A DNA stretch of 64,000 nucleotides, taken from a virus (Duplodnaviria > Caudoviricetes). Within the stretch, counting starts at the first letter, position 1. Each line of letters starts with the position of its first letter. Of this stretch, positions 38,497 through 48,681 are shown one piece after another. The translations under genes were made by a program, and so were the position numbers. The stretch covers positions 5,693-69,692 of IMG/VR virus record IMGVR_UViG_3300033121_000147; one strand, written 5' to 3'. The notes under the pieces were generated by a model. That model saw only the letters and a list, made by a program, of their open reading frames with translations, did not search any database and was not told where the DNA came from.

Positions 38497-41400
38497 TAAA
38501 CGCCCATCATTGGCAAGGTTGAATATGGCATACCCAAGAATAACCAATTTGTGTTGCCGCCTGCATCAAAGCCTTGTCGAGCAATAAATGGAATAGACGC
38601 TCCGGCTGCTATCGAATTGTAAATGTCGGCGTACTGCACGTTGACCGTGCCACCCGTTGAGGTGGTGGCGATGGACGCGTCAGTAGCCGAGAAGTATGCC
38701 GATCGGGGACCCGTGGCCGTGGAGACGAGGGTGAGCGAAGCCGGGACGTACGTGAAGTTCTGACTGCTCTTGACCCATTTGCCGCCCGTGATCGAGATGG
38801 CCGGGAAGGTGAGACTGTTGGTGATCGGGTGGAAGTAGAGGACGCGGCTGGAAGGGGTGGCGGTGATGGTTCCCGGCAGGTTCTTGTTGACGTCGAGGTT
38901 GTTGACGACGCGGTTGGGGGCCGAGTTCGTGCCGTTGGTGTTGCGCACGATAGCGAGGTTCGCGGAGGACTCTTTGAAAGCGAACGTATCGTCCTGCAAT
39001 GTCGAGAAGTCCGCATCGAAGGCAACCGTCCCACCGATGCCGCTGAGGATGCGGGCACGGTGGATGTAGCCGACGAAAGGACTGGCTCCGATTGCCGAAC
39101 CGATCTCGACGGGGGCAGTGGAATCGTAGATGGATGCGATGGCGATGGTCCTGTCCCCACCAAGTTGCGTCCACGACGATGGGACCGATGACGAATCGTT
39201 GGCGTAGAAGAACTGGACCCTCCCGTCGGACTGTCGCCATGTCACCCTCAGCCACCCCTGCCATCCGTTGACGATCACCCCTCCGCTGGCCGTCGGCAAA
39301 CTGCTGTTGATGAGAGCCTGGGTGCCTGATGCCGCGACGTTGTTCAACTGGAGAGTCAGCCCATTGCCGCCACCCTGGAACAGATAGAAAGAACCGTTGC
39401 CAGAGGCGTACTTGGCAACAAGACAGCCCGAACCTGTTGCCCAGTTCGTGGCCCTGGCCCGCACCTGGATGTCGATGTCGCCGGTGATCGAGAGAGCCGC
39501 GGTGTCTGGGGTCTGCCACATATCGCCGGTGAGTCCGGTGAGCCCCATGAGGGTTCCGCCGACTACGCGCCTCCCACCAACCGATGAGGTCGCCATCGAC
39601 GCCTGGTGGTTGCGCCACACGTTGCTCTGGGAGTCCGTGTACGACAAGGCGTAGTCGGCCATGGATGAGAAGTCGATCTCAGCAGCCGGAGTCCACGACG
39701 CCACCGAGGTGGAGACCCCGGCGTAGTAGTAGGAGAGACCCTTGACAGTTGTGGCCGCGGCGCCACCGTGGCCGACGACGAGTGGAGCTGCTGTCGAATT
39801 GAACAGGGCGCCCGAGGTTGCCGTACCCGACCCCCACGATGTCCATGAGACGGCGGTCGGGTCGTTGGTCGCGTCGAGCGAGTAGTACCAGGCGTAGGCG
39901 CCCGTCGAAGCAACGCGGGTGAACCTGATCCATCCGGCGACCCCGTTGCCGATCACCGACTGTCCCGTGGATGAAGCGGCGACGTTGATCGGTTGGGTCG
40001 TGCCGTTCAGTGAAGCGGTGAAGGTGGGCGTGCCCGCGAGGGGGCAGTTGATGTTCCACTGCAACCCCGGTGACGCGCTCTGCTTGCCGATGATGTTGAC
40101 GGCGTTGCCCGCGTCAGTCCAGAAGTCCCGCTTGAGCTTCACGCGGATGTCGAGGTCGCCCGTGTACTGCGAGCCGGTAGCAGCCCAGGTCTCCCACCAG
40201 TTGTTGCCGCCGATGAGACCGGTGAGCACCGTGACGTTCGACGGTGGGGTACCCGGCTGGGGGATGCGGTAGGCGCCACCGGAGACCACGCCGTCCAGGG
40301 TCTCGGCCACCACGAAGTTGGGCGTGCCGAGGATGGTGAGGTTGGCCTGGTTGGGGAGAGACATGACCGTGCCGGACGTGCTCGTCAGGTTCCAGGTGCC
40401 GGTCCCGAAGTCGATGGTGCGGGCCGTGGTAGCCCCGATGTCGGACACGGAGGACACGGTGATCGTCTTGTTCGTGTTGACCAATGACGAACCAGTGAGA
40501 ATCGAGGCGGAGTTGGCGTTGATCAACTGCGTGGTTGGGGCGTTGAAGTCAGACAGGAATGTCACGGCCTGGCCGAGGTTGTCGACCTTGAGGCTCGTGA
40601 AGTTGTTGGCAGAGCCTCCGGTGTTGCCCCAGAAGTTCCCGTTCGTGTCGATCGAGAGCGAGGCCCGGCCCTTCATGTAGAGGATCTGGCCGGACTGGGC
40701 CGCGGTGTTGCGGTAGTTCACGGTCGCCGGGATGATGATGCTGCCCCACATGACGGCGCCAGCGCCCCAACCACCGTTGCTGACCGAGGTGATGGTGGAG
40801 TTGGTGAAGTCCCAGGTGCGGCCGAGGAACAAGCGGTCCTGGGTGATGGTGCCCGTGCCCGCGTTGGCATCGGACTTCATGTCATCCTGGGCGTATGGCA
40901 TGCGGCCGGTGCCGACGGCGCCACCCGTCGAGGTAGACCAGTGCCAGGGGTCGGACCAGTTGCCCGTGCCTGATGCGGTCGGGAAGCTCGTGGTGACTGT
41001 GGCTGCGAGCGAGGACGTCTCGGAGAACGTGGTGGTGCCCGCGACCTGGGCAGCGAAGTCGGCGTTGAAGATCTGCGAGCCGCCCTGGATGACGACGACC
41101 TTCTGGATGTCACGGGTGTACTTGGTGACCTGAGATCCGGCTGAGTTGTAGTCGCCAACGATGATCCCAAGCGCGCCCGTGTTCGAGATCGCGGTGGCAG
41201 GCCCGGCCACGGTTCCGCCCGACAGGGTCAACTGCGCACCCAGACGAGTCCAGGTTGCGGTCTCGGGATCGGGGTCGGCCGACCAGTAGAAGTCGATGAG
41301 GCCCGTCGCCTTGTTCCAGGTAGCACGACAGCAGACGGCGTTGTATGGCAAGAGGGTGCCGGAAGCGTAGGCGGTCCCCAGGAAACGCAGGTATGGCTGC

Positions 41401-44150
41401 CGGGCGGTCGTCATGCCGAAGTTCCACGGCACGGTGCTGGCGCCGTAGTCTCGTGCCACGATCACGCCGACCGCGTCGAAGTCCGCCTTGACCTTGATGT
41501 CCAGGTCGGTCGTGTTCGTGTTGTATGCCGCGTTGGTCGGCGTGCGCGCCCAGCCAGCCTTGGCGTTGTCGCTGCCGAGGTAGATGCTGGAGCCGGTCAT
41601 GCGGCCCGCGGTGGGGACCCAGTAGTTGGTCTGGCTGGCCGGGAAGGTGATGTTCGAGTTGCCGCCGCCGTCCTGCAACCTCGTTCCCGTCCACGTTCCC
41701 GAGGTGCCCGCGGCCACGGTGTCCACGAAGATCACGTCGGACAGCGTGGGAGGGTTGACGACGTTGACCGAGAGCGCGGTTCCGCCCGTGGAGATGAGTC
41801 CTGAGGAGCCGTTTCCCGAAGCAACCAACACCGGCTGGGAGGCGTTGAATCCACGGATCGTCATGTTGTTGATGACAACGGTGGATGTGGTGAAGTTCGA
41901 ACCCCAACTGAAGCCCGGCGTACCGCCAGCGAGGTTCTGGTTGGAACCAACGATGATCAGGTTGTTGATGACGCTGTTCCCCGCGGCCTGCCCTGAGATG
42001 AGGGCCGACACCGAGGCGGTGGTCTGGACGCCGTAGAAGCCGACCGTTCCGTAGGTGACGTTCGTTCCGGTCAGGAGAGTGCCGGTAGTGGCGCCCGCGA
42101 CGTTGAGCAAGACCCCCGTGCCGAAGTTGATGGTCATGTTGTCGCAGGACATGGTGTAGGCCGAACCGGAGACCTGCCAGTTACCGCTGGACGACGTGAT
42201 GTTGAACGTGGACGTCCCTGCGATCAGGCGACGAGCGATAGCACCGGACGACGTGAAGCCGAACGGGGACGTGATCGTCTGGCTGTTGAAGTCGAGGGTG
42301 CCCGCCGTGTGGGTGATGGCCGCACTCCGAGATGCGACGGTGACGGCATCCATGAACTTCCAGGCACCACCCGCACCGTTGAAGGCAATGCCGTTCGGGA
42401 ACGATACGCCGTTCGTCGTGATCGGCCAGAGCGACCCACCGTTGTTCGAGGTGGAGATGAAGATGGGCGCTCCCGAACCCGAGGTGGAAGTCCTTGACCC
42501 GTAGGTCCATGATCCTCCAGATGCATCACCGACCTGAATCGAGAAGCTGCTCTGGGCAAAGGCATAGGCCGCGTCTTCGGAGGAGAACGACCGCACGGAC
42601 ACGGTGGCTCCAAGGGTGACGGTGCCGTGCCCCGAGTAGCGATCGAAGACCACGTCGATGGCCGAGTTGGGGATCGACGCTCCGGGGTAGCCGTTCGAGC
42701 GAGTGGCCCAGTGGTTGGTCAGGGTCGCAGTAGTCGACCATGTACCGAAACCGGGGGCGGCAGCCACGGCGGCTCCACCAGCGACATGAACCGTCAAGCC
42801 GTTGGCGTTCTCGGGGAACCAGGATGTGTCAGATGGAGCGTTGGAGAAGTCAGCGTCCACCACGCACGTCCCGGCGATGCCGTTGTAGACCTGAGCGCGA
42901 TAGATCGAGCCGACGAACCCGATGGTGGTGTTGGACTCACCGATGGTGATGGGGGATGTCGTGGGATACAGGGCAGTGAGGAGAGCCGACACGGTCTGGT
43001 TGGTACCAAGCTGCACCCAATCACCGGGAGCCGGGTCGGTGATTGCCCCGTCGCAGGTGAAGAACTGGGCACGACTATCCGACGCCCGCCACGTAACACG
43101 CACCCACTTCTTGGAGCCGTCAGCGAAGCCCGTCGCCACCGAAGAGTTGGCGCTCACGTTGTTGGTGTTGTCGTTGCCCTGGAACGAAAGAGTGCCATTC
43201 GTGTTCAAGTTGAACGCGTACGCACGGGTGTTGGAGCCGCTGCCGCCCCAGCGAGCAACGAACGTGTACTGGACCGATGGCGTCCAATCGGACGGTGCAC
43301 AGAGGCAGCGGAGGTCGATGTCGCTGGTGACGGTCGTTAGGCCATTCGGGTCAGCAACATAGGCGGCCGAGAGGTTCGCAACCGATCCGTTGCAGAGCAG
43401 ACGGCCGTCGTGGAGTCCAGCGGTGGAGCCGTTGATCGTGACGGTTGCAGCGTTGGCGCTCGACTCCACGAAGGAGGATGCACCGAGGACCTGGGCCGAG
43501 AAATCAGCGTCGAAGACCGTCGTTCCGCCGATGCCGTTGCGAACGATGGCTCGGTAGAAGCCACCGATGGCGTGTTGTGAGGTGCCGCCACGGGTGCCCA
43601 CGTACATCGGCGTCGAAGCCGCCCCGATTGCTGACCCAGTCGATGCCCCCGTACTGCCCGTGATCCAGTCCGTTGGTTCGGTCGGTTGGTCTGGGGCGTA
43701 GTAGGCGGCGGAGGCGCCCGTGGCCGACACGCGGGTCATCTTGACCCAGAAGATCTGGTCGCCGGGGAGAGTGAGGGTAGAGACGTAGGACCCCGTACCG
43801 ACCCCGTTGCCGAACGAGAACACGAACCGACCAGATGTGTCCATCTGCACCTCGAAGCCGCCCGCGATGCCGTTCAAGTTGCTCAGTAGAGTCTGCGCCG
43901 CCGAGGTGTTACGGGGCACCATCAGTCGCAAGACGATTTCAATGTCGCCCGTGATCGAGTAGGCGGCGATGTGCGGAGCGGAGGCGTTGTTGCCGCTCTC
44001 CCCAGTGAGAGCGAGGCCGTCGCCGCGCAGACCCGACTTCACCCAGTAGCGAGCATTAGTGTTGACACCGCCGTAAGAGCGCTCGGGTGGGTGTAACCCT
44101 GGCGCTGTTAAGAATGGTGAGACTGGTGCTCTAGGAGCGGCAATAGCCAT
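38496..44150 (-). CDS. 1884-aa fibre/adhesin: beta-helix-like scaffold with about five LamG/concanavalin-like modules; high-GC core
   Basis: Repeats ending YRA(I/Q/R)V..GI.GT.VFDADFS...F.E..AN; two W.D..HWS.S.GG..P..D repeats; Thr/Gly/Ser/Ala-rich. Confidence 0.75.
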   Translation of the reverse strand: MAIAAPRAPVSPFLTAPGLHPPERSYGGVNTNARYWVKSGLRGDGLALTGESGNNASAPHIAAYSITGDIEIVLRLMVPRNTSAAQTLLSNLNGIAGGFEVQMDTSGRFVFSFGNGVGTGSYVSTLTLPGDQIFWVKMTRVSATGASAAYYAPDQPTEPTDWITGSTGASTGSAIGAASTPMYVGTRGGTSQHAIGGFYRAIVRNGIGGTTVFDADFSAQVLGASSFVESSANAATVTINGSTAGLHDGRLLCNGSVANLSAAYVADPNGLTTVTSDIDLRCLCAPSDWTPSVQYTFVARWGGSGSNTRAYAFNLNTNGTLSFQGNDNTNNVSANSSVATGFADGSKKWVRVTWRASDSRAQFFTCDGAITDPAPGDWVQLGTNQTVSALLTALYPTTSPITIGESNTTIGFVGSIYRAQVYNGIAGTCVVDADFSNAPSDTSWFPENANGLTVHVAGGAAVAAAPGFGTWSTTATLTNHWATRSNGYPGASIPNSAIDVVFDRYSGHGTVTLGATVSVRSFSSEDAAYAFAQSSFSIQVGDASGGSWTYGSRTSTSGSGAPIFISTSNNGGSLWPITTNGVSFPNGIAFNGAGGAWKFMDAVTVASRSAAITHTAGTLDFNSQTITSPFGFTSSGAIARRLIAGTSTFNITSSSGNWQVSGSAYTMSCDNMTINFGTGVLLNVAGATTGTLLTGTNVTYGTVGFYGVQTTASVSALISGQAAGNSVINNLIIVGSNQNLAGGTPGFSWGSNFTTSTVVINNMTIRGFNASQPVLVASGNGSSGLISTGGTALSVNVVNPPTLSDVIFVDTVAAGTSGTWTGTRLQDGGGNSNITFPASQTNYWVPTAGRMTGSSIYLGSDNAKAGWARTPTNAAYNTNTTDLDIKVKADFDAVGVIVARDYGASTVPWNFGMTTARQPYLRFLGTAYASGTLLPYNAVCCRATWNKATGLIDFYWSADPDPETATWTRLGAQLTLSGGTVAGPATAISNTGALGIIVGDYNSAGSQVTKYTRDIQKVVVIQGGSQIFNADFAAQVAGTTTFSETSSLAATVTTSFPTASGTGNWSDPWHWSTSTGGAVGTGRMPYAQDDMKSDANAGTGTITQDRLFLGRTWDFTNSTITSVSNGGWGAGAVMWGSIIIPATVNYRNTAAQSGQILYMKGRASLSIDTNGNFWGNTGGSANNFTSLKVDNLGQAVTFLSDFNAPTTQLINANSASILTGSSLVNTNKTITVSSVSDIGATTARTIDFGTGTWNLTSTSGTVMSLPNQANLTILGTPNFVVAETLDGVVSGGAYRIPQPGTPPSNVTVLTGLIGGNNWWETWAATGSQYTGDLDIRVKLKRDFWTDAGNAVNIIGKQSASPGLQWNINCPLAGTPTFTASLNGTTQPINVAASSTGQSVIGNGVAGWIRFTRVASTGAYAWYYSLDATNDPTAVSWTSWGSGTATSGALFNSTAAPLVVGHGGAAATTVKGLSYYYAGVSTSVASWTPAAEIDFSSMADYALSYTDSQSNVWRNHQASMATSSVGGRRVVGGTLMGLTGLTGDMWQTPDTAALSITGDIDIQVRARATNWATGSGCLVAKYASGNGSFYLFQGGGNGLTLQLNNVAASGTQALINSSLPTASGGVIVNGWQGWLRVTWRQSDGRVQFFYANDSSSVPSSWTQLGGDRTIAIASIYDSTAPVEIGSAIGASPFVGYIHRARILSGIGGTVAFDADFSTLQDDTFAFKESSANLAIVRNTNGTNSAPNRVVNNLDVNKNLPGTITATPSSRVLYFHPITNSLTFPAISITGGKWVKSSQNFTYVPASLTLVSTATGPRSAYFSATDASIATTSTGGTVNVQYADIYNSIAAGASIPFIARQGFDAGGNTNWLFLGMPYSTLPMMGV

Positions 44151-44162
44151 AGCTTATTGCTC

Positions 44163-44702
44163 CTAGACTAGTGATTCAATGACGAATCCGTGGCATGTGA
44201 GAGTGTTGGATGCCGAGTTGGTACCCCACTGGGCGCCAAAGGTCAGAGCCTTGGCTGCTGTTGTATCGACTGTTACGGCCGCCAAAGCAGTCTGGGGGAT
44301 TGGAAGATGGTTCACCGCTGACACTGAAGTACCCATGTCCAAGAAGCCCTGTGTCATAGCGGTGCCTGAAGTACCCGCTGTACGAATCTGAGTTGTTAGC
44401 TCCATACGGAAAGGAACTGTAGTTACGCCTGAGCCTGTAGTAATTGCTGTTGAGGCCGCAAGGGCGGTACCAGCAGCAGCAGCGCCATAGTACACGCCCA
44501 TCAATAAGGTAGGAGTTCCTGTTGTTGAGAAGGTTCCCCAAGCCGTAAATCTAAGCACTGACCCGGCCACCAGGAAGTTAGCAGGGAGTACATAGTTGGG
44601 CGCAGCAGAAACATCGGTTAACGTTACTGATGAAGCGTAGGCTGTACCAGCTGCGTAAGCCTGAAGACCGTTGAGGACTGTTGAGTATACCTGAATTGCC
44701 AT
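44163..44702 (-). CDS. Small beta-rich virion protein (fibre-associated)
   Basis: 179 aa, Ala/Thr/Gly-rich jelly-roll-like strands; lies in the fibre cluster. Confidence 0.55.
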   Translation of the reverse strand: MAIQVYSTVLNGLQAYAAGTAYASSVTLTDVSAAPNYVLPANFLVAGSVLRFTAWGTFSTTGTPTLLMGVYYGAAAAGTALAASTAITTGSGVTTVPFRMELTTQIRTAGTSGTAMTQGFLDMGTSVSAVNHLPIPQTALAAVTVDTTAAKALTFGAQWGTNSASNTLTCHGFVIESLV

Positions 44703-44713
44703 GTGTTAAATCC

Positions 44714-45058
44714 TTATGGTAGGGCTGGGTCTGCGTTTTGTTCGGCAGTTAGACGATCAATCTCGGCCTGACGTGCAGCCCGACGTTCTTTGTTTGCTTG
44801 CTTTAGTAGTTGATTAGGAAAAGTTCCAACCAAAGCACCAGCTGCAACCAATGCTGTTACGTTTGTCTTGGCTAGATCTGTATCTCTAGTTATCACAGTG
44901 GAGGTAACCTCTGCGCCGAAGTTTGCGGGAACTGTCAATACGACCTGTTGGTTACGAGTTACGTCCTTAGGCTGAATTACGACGCTTAGGGACCCATCAT
45001 CGTTCTCCGTCATTAGGACGCCGTAGTTGGTGAAGTTAGGAGTTCTTACTGTTGCCAT
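44714..45058 (-). CDS. Hypothetical protein, possibly a fibre assembly chaperone
   Basis: 114 aa with C-terminal coiled coil; AAGGGA RBS. Confidence 0.55.
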   Translation of the reverse strand: MATVRTPNFTNYGVLMTENDDGSLSVVIQPKDVTRNQQVVLTVPANFGAEVTSTVITRDTDLAKTNVTALVAAGALVGTFPNQLLKQANKERRAARQAEIDRLTAEQNADPALP

Positions 45059-45065
45059 GATTCCC

Positions 45066-45524
45066 TTAGATGTTCTGTACTGTTAGGGCAGTAATCTCTA
45101 TGCCTGCTACTGCTGTTAGATAATCTAGTGCTTGTTGCAATAGTACTGGGTTGTCATCAAAGTGACCAAGCCCCTTATTGCAAAGGCTACACAGAAGACC
45201 CCTAATTTTCCCGGTCATGTGATCGTGGTCTACGCTCAAAGAAATGTCTCCGTCTACCTTTCTACATATCGCACATGTCCCGCCTTGACCGTCAAGCAGC
45301 AACTTGTATTCTTCGACGGTTAAGCCGTATTTACCCAGCAGGTACGATCTTCTTTTAGTATCCGGGTCTGCCTTAAGTCTCTTTTGGGCATTGACGACAT
45401 CCTTGCCAGGATTATTCTTCCTCCACTCGGCCTTATAGCAGCTGTTGCAAAGACCCTTAGCCCACATTCTTCGAGTTGGATGACATTCTGGTGAGGTTCG
45501 AACTCCTCTATTTGTCTTGTTCAT
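45066..45524 (-). mobile_element. Free-standing endonuclease VII-family (HNH-like) homing endonuclease
   Basis: CAIC...VDHDHMTGKIRGLLCSLCNKGLGHF (Endo VII); N-terminal CH...GLC..CY; AT-richer codons; C-terminus duplicates that of the upstream gene. Confidence 0.85.
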
Positions 45525-45533
45525 TCCAGTTCC

Positions 45534-46568
45534 TTACACGTTTTGAACCGTAAGAGCGGTAATTTCCAAGGAGCTTACGGCAGTACCCGCAGTAGCTGTC
45601 CAGTTGTTGTTGACTGTCGCCTGCTTGACGGCAGCTGATTCGTTGAGCATGAAGCCGCGAGTATCGTTAGCTGGAACCCAGAAGACGAACCGAGTAGTGC
45701 CTGCCGTGGCATCCTTAATAGTAACCTTGGTTCCAAGTGATGACGTGTTGGTGATGATTAGGCCATAGAGATCTAAGAAGGCTCCTGATACAGCGGTGAC
45801 AACAGTAGTCTCAGCTGTTGAGGAGGTGATGGTAGTCTGCTGATTAGCTTTGAGGTCACGGATAGCGCCAACTACGACCTGCTTACCAAGCTTGTCTGCG
45901 ATAAAGTTGGTTCTGTCAGCGTCCGCTACCGCGGTGGGGTTAGTGGTTCTAGCCTGACCACCAGTCTTGATCGGGTTACCCGAATCCACAGCGTCATGAG
46001 CTACGCTGCCAGAAGCTGCAGTCGCTACAGCTGTCTGATCAGACGCCAGAACAACTGGCATGGAGGCAGACATAACACCCTGACCCAGGGAGGCTGGTAC
46101 GCCTGCGTCAATGGCTGCTAGATCTGAGTGCACCGTATCGAGCTTGGTGTTGGTAGATGCTACTGCTGTCTCTAGTCCATCTACATCATCATGGAGCGTA
46201 TCTAGCTTGGTGAGCTCAGATGATTGGTTCGCAGCTGTGGCTACACCAGATAGAGACACTGGCTGTGTGACGCCAGAGCCATCCACCTTCAGAGGACGGT
46301 CCTGATACGGGTCTCCTGATGCTACTTCATAGAAGATCTGTAGCTTGTCTGCGTCAGCGAAAGATCCTGTGTTGGTGTTGTAGGTTAGCGTCAGAACGTT
46401 CGTCGCTACGGTGCCGCCAGTAGCTGGATCCGCGAAGTTGTAGATGATGACGTTACGAGTAACATCTGTCACTAGAAGGATACGATCTAGGTCGATCGTA
46501 GCGAAGTCAGTGAACGTAACTGTCTTGCTCGTCTTGTTGAATGTGTAGTTCTCTACAAGCTGCTTCAT
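45534..46568 (-). CDS. Fibre/appendage structural protein
   Basis: N-terminal YTFNKTSKTVTF, short coiled coil, C-terminal jelly-roll-like strands. Confidence 0.6.
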   Translation of the reverse strand: MKQLVENYTFNKTSKTVTFTDFATIDLDRILLVTDVTRNVIIYNFADPATGGTVATNVLTLTYNTNTGSFADADKLQIFYEVASGDPYQDRPLKVDGSGVTQPVSLSGVATAANQSSELTKLDTLHDDVDGLETAVASTNTKLDTVHSDLAAIDAGVPASLGQGVMSASMPVVLASDQTAVATAASGSVAHDAVDSGNPIKTGGQARTTNPTAVADADRTNFIADKLGKQVVVGAIRDLKANQQTTITSSTAETTVVTAVSGAFLDLYGLIITNTSSLGTKVTIKDATAGTTRFVFWVPANDTRGFMLNESAAVKQATVNNNWTATAGTAVSSLEITALTVQNV

Positions 46569-46571
46569 CTT

Positions 46572-48443
46572 CTATCCTAGGGCTATAGCCATTGCTATGG
46601 CATTGTTCTTAGTTGAGATAGCTGCGCCATTCATAAGTAGGTCATTTGAAGAGTTCTTCGTGAGATCGACCGCGCCGTCATCGTCGGAAAGGTTGAACTT
46701 CGGAGAGGCACCGTCCTCAGCTTGCATGTAGGCGGTGTTTTCTCCAGCCTTCACCCACACGTAAGCTAAAGTCGGATCGACGTATTGGTCGATTTTGTAA
46801 GCCCCGTCGTCCGTGCCAGCCATGATCAAGTTCACGTACTCGGTCGATTCGTGACCACGGTAGACATTCAGACTGGCGTCAGCGTCTCCTGTTATAGATA
46901 GAATGGTTCCATCAGCCAGCGAGCTACCATCAAGAATGAGCGCCCCAGTCATGGTATCACCAGTTTTAGATACCTTGAGAGCATCCGCCGTAGTAGCGAA
47001 TGTTTGCGTTGCGGCAATAGCTCCGTTGATCAGGAGATCTCCATCAACTACCAGATTTCCATCTGTCTTGAGTTCACCCACGCCTGAGCGATACAGGGTT
47101 GCATCTGGTACAGCAGAGCCGCCACCCCATGACATCTTGCCGTCTTGACGCAGACGGAACCTCTGAATGCCCTCCCCATTAACCCTGGTACCAATCGCCT
47201 GAGCATCTGCTGTAAGTCCTCTGACTCCTATCTCGCCAGGGACGATGTTAACGTCTGAATCAGTGCCACCGGTTCCATCGGCGTGATTCAGCGACCAGCT
47301 AGTAGGGTCCCAGCTGGAAGTGTTAGGATAAGCGCCAGGACCGATAAGGTAAACTCCGTTACCATCACTGATCTGTAGTGTCCCCGACATGGTGTCGCCA
47401 GCCCTACTCACCTTAGTGCTGAGATCAACTCCCCCTACAGCGGTATCAACGTAGTCCTCTGTCGCTAGCGGCTCATCATTCCAAAGAGCCTTACTGTTGT
47501 CGGGATCAACCTTCAAGACGCCGTAGCCAGCATCCTTGATTAGCTGGAGGCCGCCCGCCTGTAGTACAGAAATCCATGAGTGATCAGCGGTTTCTGCCTG
47601 GAATGAGGTTTCCGCACTCATTGTAGCTATAACGCCGTTGTCGTTCGAAACAAAGACAATAGGGTCTGTAGGGGTGATGTCATCAGCGGTGGTGAGGATT
47701 CGATCACCATTGATTCTGGCGTCACCAGCAGTGAGAGAGACATTCAATCCGTCTTCGCTTATGATGAGCTGCTGATTCTCTGGAGAGGTTATACCTAGAG
47801 CAGCGACATTAGACTGCAGAAACAGATGGGCTGTATCGCCAGTATCGTAGTCAGTAGCATACCCCTCCACTGTACCTGGATACACATGCATGATTCCAAT
47901 AGTGTTCTCCGCAGGGTCAACTGAGGTTAGAGTAATGTCGTTCTCTATAACCACTAGCTCCCGACGGGCGACATACTTTCCAGCTGTATCATCCCAAGAG
48001 TTGACAGTGCCGTCCATCTTCATCGAAATGTCGACGTCAGTGAGATCATCATAGGCTGATGTGATTACCAGGTTGTCAAGAGCATCATTGAAGTCTTCGA
48101 CTACCTGATCGATGTTAGCCTGTAGGTCAGCATCTGCTTCAATACGATCCGCGGTCTCGTCATTGATCGTAGTGCTCAAGTCCGCAACCACGCCGCTGAG
48201 GTTGGTCAGGTTCGTTGTGAGCGTTGTGTCAGCTGACGCACGAACTGTAGCTTCAGCACTGATGGCCGTATTCACAGTTGCCAGTGCAGCGTTGAAATCG
48301 GCTACAACATCGGCAATGTCTGTAGCCACGTCAGAAGCTACAGCTGCAGCCTCGATACCATCTTCAATGTGGTTGAGGCGCTCAGCACTGATAGGAGTTG
48401 TGTGTGAGGGAAGATCCACCCACTCTTGCTTAGTGTAAGGCAT
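46572..48443 (-). CDS. Fibre protein with N-terminal coiled coil and fibre repeats
   Basis: YTKQEW.D...TPISAERLNHIEDGI; heptad region; two KVS(R/K).GDTM(S/T)G.L repeats; ends AIAMAIALG. Confidence 0.75.
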   Translation of the reverse strand: MPYTKQEWVDLPSHTTPISAERLNHIEDGIEAAAVASDVATDIADVVADFNAALATVNTAISAEATVRASADTTLTTNLTNLSGVVADLSTTINDETADRIEADADLQANIDQVVEDFNDALDNLVITSAYDDLTDVDISMKMDGTVNSWDDTAGKYVARRELVVIENDITLTSVDPAENTIGIMHVYPGTVEGYATDYDTGDTAHLFLQSNVAALGITSPENQQLIISEDGLNVSLTAGDARINGDRILTTADDITPTDPIVFVSNDNGVIATMSAETSFQAETADHSWISVLQAGGLQLIKDAGYGVLKVDPDNSKALWNDEPLATEDYVDTAVGGVDLSTKVSRAGDTMSGTLQISDGNGVYLIGPGAYPNTSSWDPTSWSLNHADGTGGTDSDVNIVPGEIGVRGLTADAQAIGTRVNGEGIQRFRLRQDGKMSWGGGSAVPDATLYRSGVGELKTDGNLVVDGDLLINGAIAATQTFATTADALKVSKTGDTMTGALILDGSSLADGTILSITGDADASLNVYRGHESTEYVNLIMAGTDDGAYKIDQYVDPTLAYVWVKAGENTAYMQAEDGASPKFNLSDDDGAVDLTKNSSNDLLMNGAAISTKNNAIAMAIALG

Positions 48444-48447
48444 AAGG

Positions 48448-48681
48448 CTACCCCGTTGCTGGGAAGTTGTTAAGACTTGGATAGTTGTAGAGAGCCGGGT
48501 AGTGAAGGTTCAGTTCACCGGTTTCTATCTGCGTATTGTCTGGATGAGTGATGAGCTCCAGCTTATCTGGCCGTCTCTGTAGCTCTAGAGTACTGGTCCT
48601 CCATACGCCAATGAGCGTTGAGTTGCGGCGCCTCGTCAAGCCAAGCGTGTAAGGTCTTGTTAGGAAGTCCATACGTCCCAT
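48448..48681 (-). CDS. Small hypothetical protein
   Basis: 77 aa; TAATG coupling; fills the gap between neighbours. Confidence 0.5.
   Translation of the reverse strand: MGRMDFLTRPYTLGLTRRRNSTLIGVWRTSTLELQRRPDKLELITHPDNTQIETGELNLHYPALYNYPSLNNFPATG

Noticed and set aside
38600-44000. Many long overlapping alternative-frame and plus-strand ORFs
   Set aside because: Expected shadow ORFs of a high-GC3 coding region; no recognisable motifs or RBS.
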